A stretch of 64,000 nucleotides of DNA. It comes from Gammaproteobacteria bacterium. Its GTDB lineage: Bacteria > Pseudomonadota > Gammaproteobacteria > Eutrophobiales > Eutrophobiaceae. The translations under genes were made by a program, and so were the position numbers. Location of the stretch: NCBI GenBank assembly GCA_965222155.1, contig CBDCTH010000012.1, positions 2,976,001 through 3,040,000 on the forward strand, in the 5' to 3' direction. The first letter of the stretch is position 1. Each line of letters begins with the position of its first letter. Shown here one piece after another: positions 32,299-41,949 of this stretch. Below the pieces are notes generated by a model, which saw only the letters and a list, made by a program, of their open reading frames with translations, ran no database searches and was not told the DNA's origin.

Positions 32299-33901
32299 CA
32301 GTCTGTCGGACTTAGGGCCTGGATTGGGGTATAATACATAGTCTGTTTTTGTGATTACATCCTACGTTCTATAGAGGCTACGCCGATGCAAAACTTTGTT
32401 CAAGGTGACCGCAATCAACCCTATCTGTTACCGCCGGATTTACGCGAGTGGTTGCCTGAGGATGATTTGGCGCATTTTGTGGTGGCGGCGGTGGAGCGGG
32501 TGCCGTTGAGTCGTTTTCAGGTGAACACTCGGGGCACGGGGTCGGCGCAATACCACCCGCGCATGATGCTGGCGTTGCTGATTTACTGTTATGCGAACGG
32601 TATTTTTTCCTCGCGCCGGATTGAACGTGCGACGTACCGGGATATCGGGGTGCGCTATGTGACGGCGAACACGCACCCGGACCACGATACGGTCTGCAAG
32701 TTTCGGCGGGAGAATCTTGAGGCGGTACATGAGAGTTTTGTGCAGGTATTGCTGTTGGCGAAGGAATTGAAGCTGTTGACGGTGGGTCGGGTGAGTGTGG
32801 ACGGAACGAAGCTGAAGGCGAATGCGAGCCGTCGGCGGAGCATTCGTTACGACCGGGCGGTGCAGTTGCGCGGTGAGGTGCAGGACTTGTTGTCTCGTGC
32901 CGAGCGGGCGGATGTGAAGGCCGAGGCGGACCCGCAGCAATTGCCTGAGGGGTTGGCCCGGCGGCAGCGGTTGGAGTCACAGTTGGATGCGGCGTGTGCC
33001 CGCCTGAAGCGTCAGGCGAAGGCGCAAGCGCAAGCGGCGCAGGCCGAGTATGAACGCAAGGTGGCGGCGCGAGAGAAGCGCCGGGGGCGTGCGAAGGGGC
33101 GTCATATTAAACCCCCGGCCAAGACGCCGGAGGAGGCCACTCAAGTCAACCTGACGGATGCTGACAGTGGTCTGATGCGCAAGAACAAGCGCAGTGAATA
33201 CCAGCAGGCGTACAATGCGCAGGCGGTGGTGGATGCGGACGGCAGCCAGTTGGTGTTGGGGGCGCGGGTCAGTCAATGTGCCAGTGACCGGCGGGAGTTG
33301 GTGGCGGACGTGGCGGCGGTGTCCGAGACGGTGGGTGTGCCGACTGAGGTATTGGCGGACAACGGCTATGCGACTGAGCAGGAGGTCGACACGTTGACCG
33401 GGCGCGGGATGGAGGTGCTGGTGGCGGTCGGTGGCGGCGACCGGCGTCGGCAACATGACTTCCGCCCGCTGAGTGAGACGGCGCCACCCACCGAGTCTAA
33501 GATACCGAAGGCGCCCTGGCTGGTGGCGATGCAGGCGAAGCTGGCGCAGGCGGAACACCGGGCCAGCTATCGAGTGCGTCAGCATACGGTGGAACCGGTG
33601 TTTGGTATCATGAAACACGCCATGGGGTTTCGGCAATTTCTGTTACGCGGTCATGCCAAGGTGACGGGCGAGTGGCAATTACTGGCCCTGGCGTACAATT
33701 GCAAGCGGTTACATAACATGCAGTTGGCCTGACAGGGGGCAGACCGTGCCTGCTTGGTCATTACAGGCGCTTGGTGAGGTCTGAATACGCCAATAGCATA
33801 CATTTATATATTTATATTACGCGCAAGCAACCCTTGTCGCGATGAAAAGGCATGAATAATGGCCTGCAAACACAACCGTAGCACCCAAGTCCGACAGACT
33901 G
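32299..33901 (+). mobile_element. IS1182-family insertion sequence
   Basis: Perfect terminal inverted repeats CAGTCTGTCGGACTT / AAGTCCGACAGACTG, flanked by CTAG at 32295-32298 and 33902-33905. Confidence 0.9.
32386..33732 (+). CDS. IS1182-family DDE transposase
   Basis: YHPRMML, SSRRIE, PDHDT, VDGTK, NLTDADS, LADNGY, VEPVFG. Confidence 0.9.
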   Translation: MQNFVQGDRNQPYLLPPDLREWLPEDDLAHFVVAAVERVPLSRFQVNTRGTGSAQYHPRMMLALLIYCYANGIFSSRRIERATYRDIGVRYVTANTHPDHDTVCKFRRENLEAVHESFVQVLLLAKELKLLTVGRVSVDGTKLKANASRRRSIRYDRAVQLRGEVQDLLSRAERADVKAEADPQQLPEGLARRQRLESQLDAACARLKRQAKAQAQAAQAEYERKVAAREKRRGRAKGRHIKPPAKTPEEATQVNLTDADSGLMRKNKRSEYQQAYNAQAVVDADGSQLVLGARVSQCASDRRELVADVAAVSETVGVPTEVLADNGYATEQEVDTLTGRGMEVLVAVGGGDRRRQHDFRPLSETAPPTESKIPKAPWLVAMQAKLAQAEHRASYRVRQHTVEPVFGIMKHAMGFRQFLLRGHAKVTGEWQLLALAYNCKRLHNMQLA

Positions 33902-33905
33902 CTAG

Positions 33906-34239
33906 CCCGGATTTCTCACCAGGTGATGCGATGATCGCGCCGGATTTTTGATGTGCGCCTTCCATGGCGCACACCCTGCGGGCATCCTGCGGATGTCCAA
34001 ATCTGCTCCTGGCAGATTTGTGCCGCCAGCGGGTGCCGGAGCCTGCCCCGTACTTGATACGGGGACCGAAAGCATAGCCGTAGTTCTGGTTGAGGGAGCA
34101 CGTGCCCGCTGGCGGCAAAAAGACAAGCGAGGGCGCATCCAGCGCAGTGGGTGATGGCAACAGAATGCTATAATCCTGATAACTCATTGACAGCAAGGTA
34201 CTTTCCGCTAATGACAAGCGAATTGGTGAGATATGCGGG
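33906..34239. mobile_element. MITE family A, copy 2 (334 bp, with nested palindromic modules)
   Basis: Ends CCCGGATTTCTCACCA / TGGTGAGATATGCGGG; CTAG duplication (33902-33905, 34240-34243); homologous to 7594-7819. Confidence 0.85.
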
Positions 34240-34485
34240 CTAGGGAAGCGACCCGGACGGGGCCGACGGATTGATGCCGTGGGGTTTGATCAAGCCGGTG
34301 GCGAAACCGATGAACAAGAGGATAAACAGGGCGATGGACAGGACGATCCTGAGCGTGAGTGACTTTACTGTCCGGTCACTTTTGCCCTTGTCCCGGACCA
34401 GGAAAATCAGGCCTGACGCCAGGGAGATCAGGATGATTGCCAATAGTAAAATGATGGCTATTTTGAATATTGCCGCACCGCTCAT
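34240..34485 (-). CDS. Twin transmembrane helix small protein (DUF2909-like)
   Basis: SLASGLIFLVRD, SLTLRIVLS, GLIKPH; usual antisense position between coxC and surf1. Confidence 0.85.
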   Translation of the reverse strand: MSGAAIFKIAIILLLAIILISLASGLIFLVRDKGKSDRTVKSLTLRIVLSIALFILLFIGFATGLIKPHGINPSAPSGSLP

Positions 34486-34497
34486 GTCTATTCACAC

Positions 34498-35307
34498 GTG
34501 GTTGATCAACGCCAGTATATCCTGTTTCCCCGGGTTTCGGTCGTTGTTTTGCCGGCCAGGTTAATGTGCCGGCATTTCAACCCGGGTCTGTGGCCCAGTC
34601 TTGCCGGTCTTGTATTATTTCTGTTGCTCATCAGGTTGGGATTCTGGCAACTGGATCGCGCAGAGGAAAAACAGGCCCTGCAGACCCGCTACCAGGATCA
34701 GATCAGCGCTGAGCCCGTTAACCTTGGTCAGGCTGCCCGGCACAGCGGGCCGGCGCAACAAATGTATTGGCGAAAATGCTTATTGACCGGAAGCTATGAC
34801 CCGCAGGTGCTATACCTGCTGGATAACCAGGTATGGCGCGGCGTGGTGGGGTATCAGGTTTTCTCCCGATTTGTATTACCGAACGGTACTTCCGTGCTGG
34901 TTGATCGCGGTTGGGTGGCGGCCCCCGGTACCAGGAGCGAAGCCCCTGAAATTCATACCACGACTGAACCGGTGACCCTGACGGGCGTTGCCAAACCTGC
35001 GCCGGTCAGCGGCATAAGGCTGATGTCGGATGTGACTGAAAAACTGGGCGGCAACCTGGTGCGCGTTCAACGCATCGACCTGGCGCAGATCGGCGCGCAT
35101 AACAACTGGATGCTCTTGCCCTATGTGGTGCGCTTGGACCCACCCGCAACGGACGGCTTGTCCTGGAACGGGACCGCGCCCGGCTTCGGCAGGGAGAGAC
35201 ACCTGGGTTATGCCTTTCAGTGGTTTGCCCTGGCAACCACCTTGTTGGTGATCTACATTGTTGTGAATATGAAAAAACGAACAGGACCAGGGGCCGATAA
35301 CCCATGA
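34498..35307 (+). CDS. SURF1 family protein (start may be about 34564)
   Basis: LGFWQLDRAEEK, LLDNQ, VLVDRGWV, HLGYAFQWF. Confidence 0.9.
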   Translation: MVDQRQYILFPRVSVVVLPARLMCRHFNPGLWPSLAGLVLFLLLIRLGFWQLDRAEEKQALQTRYQDQISAEPVNLGQAARHSGPAQQMYWRKCLLTGSYDPQVLYLLDNQVWRGVVGYQVFSRFVLPNGTSVLVDRGWVAAPGTRSEAPEIHTTTEPVTLTGVAKPAPVSGIRLMSDVTEKLGGNLVRVQRIDLAQIGAHNNWMLLPYVVRLDPPATDGLSWNGTAPGFGRERHLGYAFQWFALATTLLVIYIVVNMKKRTGPGADNP

Positions 35308-35906
35308 TAGCCAGGCCACGGGCAGTATTGATTTTGCTGTTTGCGGTGTTTGCGCTGCCGCCGCTGTTGTCCTGGTTCCTGTTCAATTACACGGAACTGG
35401 GCAGAGAAACGGACACCGGCGAGCACAGAACGCTGGTCGTCCCGCCCAGGCCCGTGCCTGACTGGACCGTGCTCGACATGACCGGTAAAACCCGGGTGGA
35501 AAGACGCATGCACGGCAAGTGGACCCTGGTTTACCCGTTGCGCGGGCAGTGCCGGGAAACCTGTCTCGGCAACCTGTACAAGATGCGCCAATTGCGGCTC
35601 GCTACGGGTAAATACGCCCAGCGCATACAACGGGTCGTGCTGGTGGTCGACAATGACCGGCGCGCCCTGACGACAGATCAGTTGCTGCACTATCCCGGTC
35701 AACTGGTACTGTTCCCGGAGAACATGGGCACCGGCAGTCTGGAGTCCCTGTTCAAGATCGGGGCTGACGACCGCCCGTTTACACATGGGCGGCTGTACCT
35801 CATTGATCCATTGGGCAACCTGATGATGAGTTATGCCGCAGAGACCGCGCCGAAAGGGATTATCAAGGATTTAACCCGGTTACTGAAGTACTCCCGGATT
35901 GGATGA
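35304..35906 (+). CDS. Cox-cluster membrane-anchored thioredoxin-like/SCO-like protein
   Basis: N-terminal TM, GKWTL, Cxxx[23 protein letters not shown]. Confidence 0.78.
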   Translation: MIARPRAVLILLFAVFALPPLLSWFLFNYTELGRETDTGEHRTLVVPPRPVPDWTVLDMTGKTRVERRMHGKWTLVYPLRGQCRETCLGNLYKMRQLRLATGKYAQRIQRVVLVVDNDRRALTTDQLLHYPGQLVLFPENMGTGSLESLFKIGADDRPFTHGRLYLIDPLGNLMMSYAAETAPKGIIKDLTRLLKYSRIG

Positions 35907-36892
35907 ACAGCCCGCATTTCCTGACGCTCACGATAGTCTCCTTCCTGCTGGCATTTTGCGTGGTTGTCCTGGGCGCGTATGTGCGCCTGTCTGACGCCGG
36001 CCTGGGATGTCCCGACTGGCCCGGTTGTTACGGGGAGCTGTTTGTTACGGCAGATATGCAAGTTACTGCTGCGGAGCCGACGCACCAGGTCCGGCCGTTA
36101 AATATGGATAAAGCAGTAAAGGAAATGGTTCACCGTTATGCCGCAGGGATATTGGGCATCCTGATCTTACTGTTAATGCTACTCTCCTGGCGCCTGGGGC
36201 ACAGGGAAAAGATCACCTGCAGCATTCTGCTCGGCCTGGTTGCAGCGCAGGCATTACTGGGGATGTGGACGGTAACCGAGCTGCTCAAACCCCTTATCGT
36301 TGCCGCCCATTTGCTGGGGGGAATGCTGATCCTGGGTCTGCTCTACTGGCTCATACTCAGGCAATTGCCGCGCGCCGGAACGCGCTCGGGACAACGCTCA
36401 CGACTGGACAGACTGGTGCTTGCAGGACTGGCCGTTGTCGCCCTGCAGATATTCTCAGGTGGCTGGACCAGCGCCAATTATGCCGCGCTGGCGTGCCCTG
36501 AATTTCCTTCCTGCCGTGACGGGCTGTGGTGGCCCGAGACGGATTTCAAGGAGGCATTTACCATCTGGCGTGAAGGCCGGCTGGATTATGAAGGCGGGAT
36601 ACTGGACGCGCCGGCGAGAACGGCGATACACCTGACTCACAGGCTGGGAGCAGCGCTGACTTTTCTCGTCATATTTTACCTGGCGCTGTGCAGCCTTGGC
36701 AGGACCGAACGGACAGTGCGTCTGACCGCGTCCATCCTGTTATGTGTCCTGTGCCTGCAGGTGTCCCTGGGAATAGCCAACGTGCTGCTGCGCTTGCCCC
36801 TGCCCGTTGCCGTGGCACATAATTCCGTCGCCGCGTTGTTGGTGTTATCATTATTGACCTTATACTGGTACACGCAGGACAGCCGGGATTAA
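35903..36892 (+). CDS. ctaA: Haem A synthase COX15/CtaA
   Basis: [33 protein letters not shown]. Confidence 0.92.
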   Translation: MNSPHFLTLTIVSFLLAFCVVVLGAYVRLSDAGLGCPDWPGCYGELFVTADMQVTAAEPTHQVRPLNMDKAVKEMVHRYAAGILGILILLLMLLSWRLGHREKITCSILLGLVAAQALLGMWTVTELLKPLIVAAHLLGGMLILGLLYWLILRQLPRAGTRSGQRSRLDRLVLAGLAVVALQIFSGGWTSANYAALACPEFPSCRDGLWWPETDFKEAFTIWREGRLDYEGGILDAPARTAIHLTHRLGAALTFLVIFYLALCSLGRTERTVRLTASILLCVLCLQVSLGIANVLLRLPLPVAVAHNSVAALLVLSLLTLYWYTQDSRD

Positions 36893-37785
36893 TGACAGCG
36901 ATGATTTCTACATGGCGAGATTACATCGCATTATGCAAGCCGAAAATAGTCTGTCTGATCGTGTTCACCGCGCTGGTGGGCATGTTGCTGGCGACGCCCG
37001 GCACGGTGGCTGCGCCCCTGCTGATTTCCGCATTACTGGGCATTGGTCTGGCCGCGGCGTCCGCCGCGGCGATAAATCATATTGTTGACCGGAAAGTAGA
37101 CGCGCTCATGGCCCGAACGCTGAAGCGCCCGCTACCGAGGGGCAATCTTTCTGCGCGCCAGGCGATAATTTTCGCCGCTGTTCTCTGTGTCGTTTCCATG
37201 CTGATTCTCAGTCTTTATGTGAACGCATTGACAGCGCTGCTGACTTTTGTCTCACTGATAGGTTACGGTGTGATCTATTCCATGTTTTTAAAGCGCGCCA
37301 CACCGCAAAATATCGTAATCGGTGGTGCTGCGGGCGCCGCCCCGCCGGTGCTTGGCTGGACTGCCGTAAGCAACAGCCTGGACCCCCATGCACTGCTGTT
37401 GTTCCTGATCATTTTTGCCTGGACGCCGCCACATTTCTGGGCCCTGGCCATAGCCAGGCGCAAGGACTACGAGAACGCAGATATCCCCATGTTGCCGGTA
37501 ACCCATGGGCTTGATTTCACGCGCCTGCACATATTGTTATATACGCTGCTCCTGTTTATTGTCACCTTGTTGCCGTATCTCACCGGAATGAGCGGCATCA
37601 CCTATCTGCTGGGCGCGCTGACGCTGGGCAGCGGATTTCTCTATTTTACCGTAAAACTGCTGAGAACGGCGGAAGAAGCCACGGCCATGCGCACCTTCAG
37701 CTATTCAATCTGGTATTTAATGGGGCTCTTTGCAGTCTTGCTGGCGGACCATTATATTCCCGTGCTGACGCGCCTGATCCCGTAG
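36892..37785 (+). CDS. cyoE: Protohaem IX farnesyltransferase (haem O synthase)
   Basis: [27 protein letters not shown]. Confidence 0.94.
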   Translation: MTAMISTWRDYIALCKPKIVCLIVFTALVGMLLATPGTVAAPLLISALLGIGLAAASAAAINHIVDRKVDALMARTLKRPLPRGNLSARQAIIFAAVLCVVSMLILSLYVNALTALLTFVSLIGYGVIYSMFLKRATPQNIVIGGAAGAAPPVLGWTAVSNSLDPHALLLFLIIFAWTPPHFWALAIARRKDYENADIPMLPVTHGLDFTRLHILLYTLLLFIVTLLPYLTGMSGITYLLGALTLGSGFLYFTVKLLRTAEEATAMRTFSYSIWYLMGLFAVLLADHYIPVLTRLIP

Positions 37786-37811
37786 GCTGCCCGCGGGAAA
37801 CACCTACCAGG

Positions 37812-38663
37812 TCAATCAGCGAAAGCGAGGCGCATTTTTTTCATTGCATTCACCTCAAGCTGGCGGATACGTTCCGCGGAGACGCCGTATTCCGCTGCCA
37901 GGCTATGCAATGTGGCCTTATCCTCATTTAACCAGCGCTGCCGGATAATTTCCTGGCTGCGATCATCCAATGACAGTAAGGCTGAGCTCAGTTTTTTCCG
38001 GTTCACCTGGTCGACCTGGGCCATTGCCAGTTGTTCTTCAGGGGACGCGCGCCCATCTTCAAGATATCCGGCCGGACTGAAGCTCTCGTTCTCCGGGTTA
38101 CCTTCAACGGGGCCGTCAAAAGATGCGTCGAAGACATTTAGCCGCTTTTCCATTTCCATCACGTCATTGGCGCTTACACCCAAATCCCGGGCAACGGCAT
38201 TTACCTCTTCCTGATTCATCCAGCCCAGCCGTTTTTTGCTTGACCGCAGGTTAAAGAAAAGTTTGCGCTGCGCCTTGGTCGTCGCGACTTTGACAATGCG
38301 CCAGTTGCGCAGGATGAATTCGTGCATTTCCGCGCGGATCCAGTGAACCGCAAAGGAAACCAGGCGCACACCCAGTTCCGGGTTAAAGCGTTTCACCGCT
38401 TTCATCAAACCGATATTTCCTTCCTGGATCAGGTCTGCCAGAGGCAGGCCATAGCCGCGGTAGCCGCGCGCGACCCGGACGACAAAACGCAGGTGAGACA
38501 TAACCAGTTGCCGTGCCGCATCGAGATCATGGTTGTCATGTAAGCAGTGGGCCAGGGTCTGTTCTTCTTCTGCGCTGAGCATGGGAATCTCGTTCACCGC
38601 ATGTATATACGCTTCGATAGAACCGGTTGGCAGTGCCGGTTGCAGGGCGACGATGTTATTCAT
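37812..38663 (-). CDS. rpoH: RNA polymerase sigma-32 factor
   Basis: [14 protein letters not shown], RpoH box [25 protein letters not shown]. Confidence 0.96.
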   Translation of the reverse strand: MNNIVALQPALPTGSIEAYIHAVNEIPMLSAEEEQTLAHCLHDNHDLDAARQLVMSHLRFVVRVARGYRGYGLPLADLIQEGNIGLMKAVKRFNPELGVRLVSFAVHWIRAEMHEFILRNWRIVKVATTKAQRKLFFNLRSSKKRLGWMNQEEVNAVARDLGVSANDVMEMEKRLNVFDASFDGPVEGNPENESFSPAGYLEDGRASPEEQLAMAQVDQVNRKKLSSALLSLDDRSQEIIRQRWLNEDKATLHSLAAEYGVSAERIRQLEVNAMKKMRLAFAD

Positions 38664-38696
38664 AAAAATACCTCCACAAGCAGATTTAACACTATT

Positions 38697-38723
38697 TTAG
38701 CACTCTTATTATTAGAGTGCTAA
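38697..38723. promoter_or_regulatory. CIRCE element (HrcA operator) upstream of rpoH
   Basis: Perfect TTAGCACTC-N9-GAGTGCTAA. Confidence 0.93.
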
Positions 38724-38811
38724 AAATATATTATGTTCCGGGCGCAGTGTCGTGCAGGAACTGTGTTATTCGATAGGTGTGGCGGGACTTCAGATCGGGC
38801 CAAAAGTGCCG

Positions 38812-39834
38812 TTATATGGGATCGATCGCGCGCAGGTGGCGTTTTACTGACAACCATGAACCGATAAGCCCCAATCCGGCGCCGATCAGTATCAGGGTGA
38901 AAACCTCTCTGGCGCTCAGGGAAACCAGAATAAAACGACTGCCGTATAATTCTGCCAGCCTGGCGACCGGATCATGTAATACAAGCATGGAAACCTCAAG
39001 CATAAGCCATGCGAGCAGGCTGCCGGCAGTACCGTGGAGCATGCCTGAGTAAAGAAAAGGCCGGGTAATGAATGCATCGGTGGCGCCGAATAATTTCTGG
39101 ATTTCAATTTCCTGGCGGCGGTTATGTACGGCCATCCGTATTGTGTTGCCTACTACCAGGATCACGGCGCCGGCGAACAGGACGGCGACTATCATTACCG
39201 TGCGTTGGAAAACCTCGATGATCTGGTGTAACCGCTGTGCCCATTGCCAGTCGAACTGGCCGGAATCCACCTCCGGCAGGGATTGTAATGTTGCAAGCAG
39301 GTCTTTGTTGTGTGAAGCCGTGATGGCCAGTGCCTGCGGTCGAATAATGAGCACGAAAGGCAAGGGGTTTTGGCCGAGGGCTTCCAATGCCGCGGCAAAA
39401 CCGGAGTTCTGTTTATACTCATCCAGGGCGCTCTCAGGACTGATTACGTCCACTTCGTAGATATCTGTTCGTTCTCTCAGCCGAAGCGCCAGGGCGCGGG
39501 CATGCGTTTCATCGATATCGGGGGACAGGAACAGGGATATGTGAGAGGCGGCGTCCAGGTGGGAGGTGACCCGCTGGACATTTTCCAGGAGAGCATAAAA
39601 GCCGGCCGGTAGTGCCAGGGAGATACCAATGACGCAGGCGCTTAACAGCGTACCCGCCGGGTTTTTATACAGCTGTCCCAGACTGAAAAAAAAAGCTCGG
39701 ACGTGTTGCAGCAACCAGTGACTGAGGCGACCACCGGCCGCCGCCGGTATGTTTCTGCCGGTCTGCTTTTTCATTCCCGTTGGACCCTGCGTCCGGGATT
39801 GCCGGTCGGGTCGTGTGTGCTGTGGTTTAGTCAT
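38812..39834 (-). CDS. ftsX: Cell division permease FtsX
   Basis: VIGISLALP, NPLP, GNTIR, LFGATDAFITRPFLY. Confidence 0.92.
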   Translation of the reverse strand: MTKPQHTRPDRQSRTQGPTGMKKQTGRNIPAAAGGRLSHWLLQHVRAFFFSLGQLYKNPAGTLLSACVIGISLALPAGFYALLENVQRVTSHLDAASHISLFLSPDIDETHARALALRLRERTDIYEVDVISPESALDEYKQNSGFAAALEALGQNPLPFVLIIRPQALAITASHNKDLLATLQSLPEVDSGQFDWQWAQRLHQIIEVFQRTVMIVAVLFAGAVILVVGNTIRMAVHNRRQEIEIQKLFGATDAFITRPFLYSGMLHGTAGSLLAWLMLEVSMLVLHDPVARLAELYGSRFILVSLSAREVFTLILIGAGLGLIGSWLSVKRHLRAIDPI

Positions 39835-39942
39835 GCCGGGGTACAGATCGCGCCACAGCCGGTCACGAGCAGGATGAAAGCAGCACGTGATCCTGCGGAC
39901 GCACAGGGGGTGTTGTTACGGCAGCCGGTGCTTTCTGACATT

Positions 39943-40632
39943 TTATAGAGGGGGCTCATTCCGTTCCGGCTGTATCCCGTCAGGGAGCAGGCAGCCGTCT
40001 TGCAGGACAATGGTTTTTTTATTCATTTTTTCAATCGTGGCGAGGTCATGGCTGGCAATCAGTACGGTGACGCCAACCTGGTTGAACAATTCGAATAACT
40101 TCATCGTTTCCCAGGACAGGGCCGGGTCCAGGTTCCCGGTGGGTTCATCGCCGAGCAGCAGTGCGGGCCGATGGACTACAGCCCGGGCAATACCCACACG
40201 CTGTTGCTCTCCCGTGGACAGTGCAGTTGGTAAAATCCGTTCCTTCGCCAACAGGCCGACCTTTTCCAGGACGGCATGTGTACGTTTTTTAATGTCCTGG
40301 TAGCGATAGCCGGCGATGGTCAAAGGCAGGGCGACATTATCAAAAACACTGCGTTCATTCAATAACCGGTGTTCCTGGAACATGAAGCCGATATTGCGTC
40401 GGTAAAGCGGAATTCGCCTGCCGGAGAGGCGCGCCAGATTTTGTCCGTTGACGATTACCTGGCCGCGGGAATGCCGCTCCGCGAGCGCAATCAGGCGTAA
40501 CAGGGTTGTTTTTCCGGCGCCGGAATGGCCGGTCAGATAGACCATTTCGCCCTTCTCTACATGCAGGTTGATATTCTTCAGGGCGTCTTTGCCGCCGGAG
40601 TAACGCATGTAAACATCGGTAAACTGGATCAT
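39943..40632 (-). CDS. ftsE: Cell division ATP-binding protein FtsE
   Basis: GHSGAGKT, LSTGEQQRVGIARA, DEPTGNLD. Confidence 0.94.
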   Translation of the reverse strand: MIQFTDVYMRYSGGKDALKNINLHVEKGEMVYLTGHSGAGKTTLLRLIALAERHSRGQVIVNGQNLARLSGRRIPLYRRNIGFMFQEHRLLNERSVFDNVALPLTIAGYRYQDIKKRTHAVLEKVGLLAKERILPTALSTGEQQRVGIARAVVHRPALLLGDEPTGNLDPALSWETMKLFELFNQVGVTVLIASHDLATIEKMNKKTIVLQDGCLLPDGIQPERNEPPL

Positions 40633-41576
40633 GAACGTAAACCCAGTAAGGCGCGCACGAAGTGATCAGCATTGAAGGGTTGAAGATCATCAATGGTTTC
40701 ACCGACGCCGATATAGCGGATGGGTAACGCAAGTTGTTGCGCCAGCGCAAAGGCCATCCCTCCTTTTGCCGTGCCATCGAGTTTGGTCAGAACCACACCG
40801 GTTACCTGAACGGCCTGTTGAAACCGTTGTGCCTGCACAATGGCGTTCATTCCGGTGCCGGCGTCCACCACCAGTAACGATTCCACCACAATCCGCGCAT
40901 CAAATTTATGCACGGCGCGATAGATTTTTTTCAATTCCTCCATCAGGTTATTCTTGTTATGTAAACGTCCGGCAGTGTCGGCAATGACGATGTCCGTTCC
41001 CCGGGCAACAGCTGCCTGCAGTGCGTCGTACAAGACTGCGGCGGCGTCTGCGCCCGGCTGTTGCGCTATCACCGGGGCGTCGACGCGGGTTCCCCAATGT
41101 TGAATCTGTTCAATGGCGGCAGCCCTGAAGGTATCCCCGGCCGCAAGCATTACCGAGTATCCGTCCTGTTGCAGAAGATGAGCCAGTTTTCCAATAGTTG
41201 TCGTTTTGCCGACGCCATTGACGCCGACAACCAGAATCACGAAAGGCTTTTTTTCGGGAACTGTCAAGGGCTGCTCGGCTCGGTTGAGGGCGGACACCAT
41301 GCTGTCGTGCAGGACAGATAACACATCGGGTTGCTCGGCCGCGCGCTGCTTCAAGGTTTTCTCAAGGTCGGACAGGATCCCGGCAGAGGTTTCGACACCG
41401 ATATCTGCACTTATCAACTGCCTTTCAAGCTCCTCGAGCAGTGTCTTGTCAAGAGTCGATTTCCCTTTGAACAGCCCGGCCCTTCCGCCCAGTAAACGGT
41501 CACGGGTTTTCTCCAGCCCTTTAGCCAGGCGCTGAAAAAATTTTCCTCCTGAAGAATGTCCTGTTGTCGCGCTCAT
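40629..41576 (-). CDS. ftsY: SRP receptor FtsY (short form without acidic domain)
   Basis: GVNGVGKTTT, DTFRAAA, DTAGR, TKLDGTAKGG; start placed at MSATT. Confidence 0.93.
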   Translation of the reverse strand: MSATTGHSSGGKFFQRLAKGLEKTRDRLLGGRAGLFKGKSTLDKTLLEELERQLISADIGVETSAGILSDLEKTLKQRAAEQPDVLSVLHDSMVSALNRAEQPLTVPEKKPFVILVVGVNGVGKTTTIGKLAHLLQQDGYSVMLAAGDTFRAAAIEQIQHWGTRVDAPVIAQQPGADAAAVLYDALQAAVARGTDIVIADTAGRLHNKNNLMEELKKIYRAVHKFDARIVVESLLVVDAGTGMNAIVQAQRFQQAVQVTGVVLTKLDGTAKGGMAFALAQQLALPIRYIGVGETIDDLQPFNADHFVRALLGLRS

Positions 41577-41740
41577 AACCGTTGAGTTGTTGCAGGGTAT
41601 AGTCGTAAACCTGTCATGGGAACGACTCAGGTAACAGGGCCCGGCAGTCCTTTGCCGATTAACCGTGATGCCTTTAGCTGGCGTACTGTGTCCCTGACAC
41701 AGATAAGGTAACATGGTAGCGTGACAGAAATCCATCCCAG

Positions 41741-41822
41741 CTCGCATTTCCATTACTAGTAGATGCGATGATCGCGCAGGATTTTAGATGTGCGCCTTCC
41801 TTGGCGCGTCAACGGGTGCGGG
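41741..41822. mobile_element. MITE family A, degenerate internally deleted copy 3
   Basis: GATGCGATGATCGCGC.GGATTTT.GATGTGCGCCTTCC.TGGCGC is shared with 33925-33970; ends in TGCGGG-CTAG. Confidence 0.7.
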
Positions 41823-41949
41823 CTAGTCTATTCCGGATGTTGTTGTCATTCACCACATCGCCCCGGGGCAGGCTCCGACCGTTACATGCAGGGGGGCGCA
41901 ACTGCTGCTATCCGTACCGGCAACAAAGTGGTATAATTATCATAACTTA

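Noticed and set aside
33804-34217. ORFs 33804..34217, 33902..34138, 7624..7809 and 7679..7966 as a duplicated protein family
   Set aside because: Their similarity is simply the MITE A DNA repeat read in several frames.
41577-41753. 59-aa N-terminal extension of FtsY
   Set aside because: It starts inside the MITE remnant and has no FtsY-like character; the start was placed at 41576.
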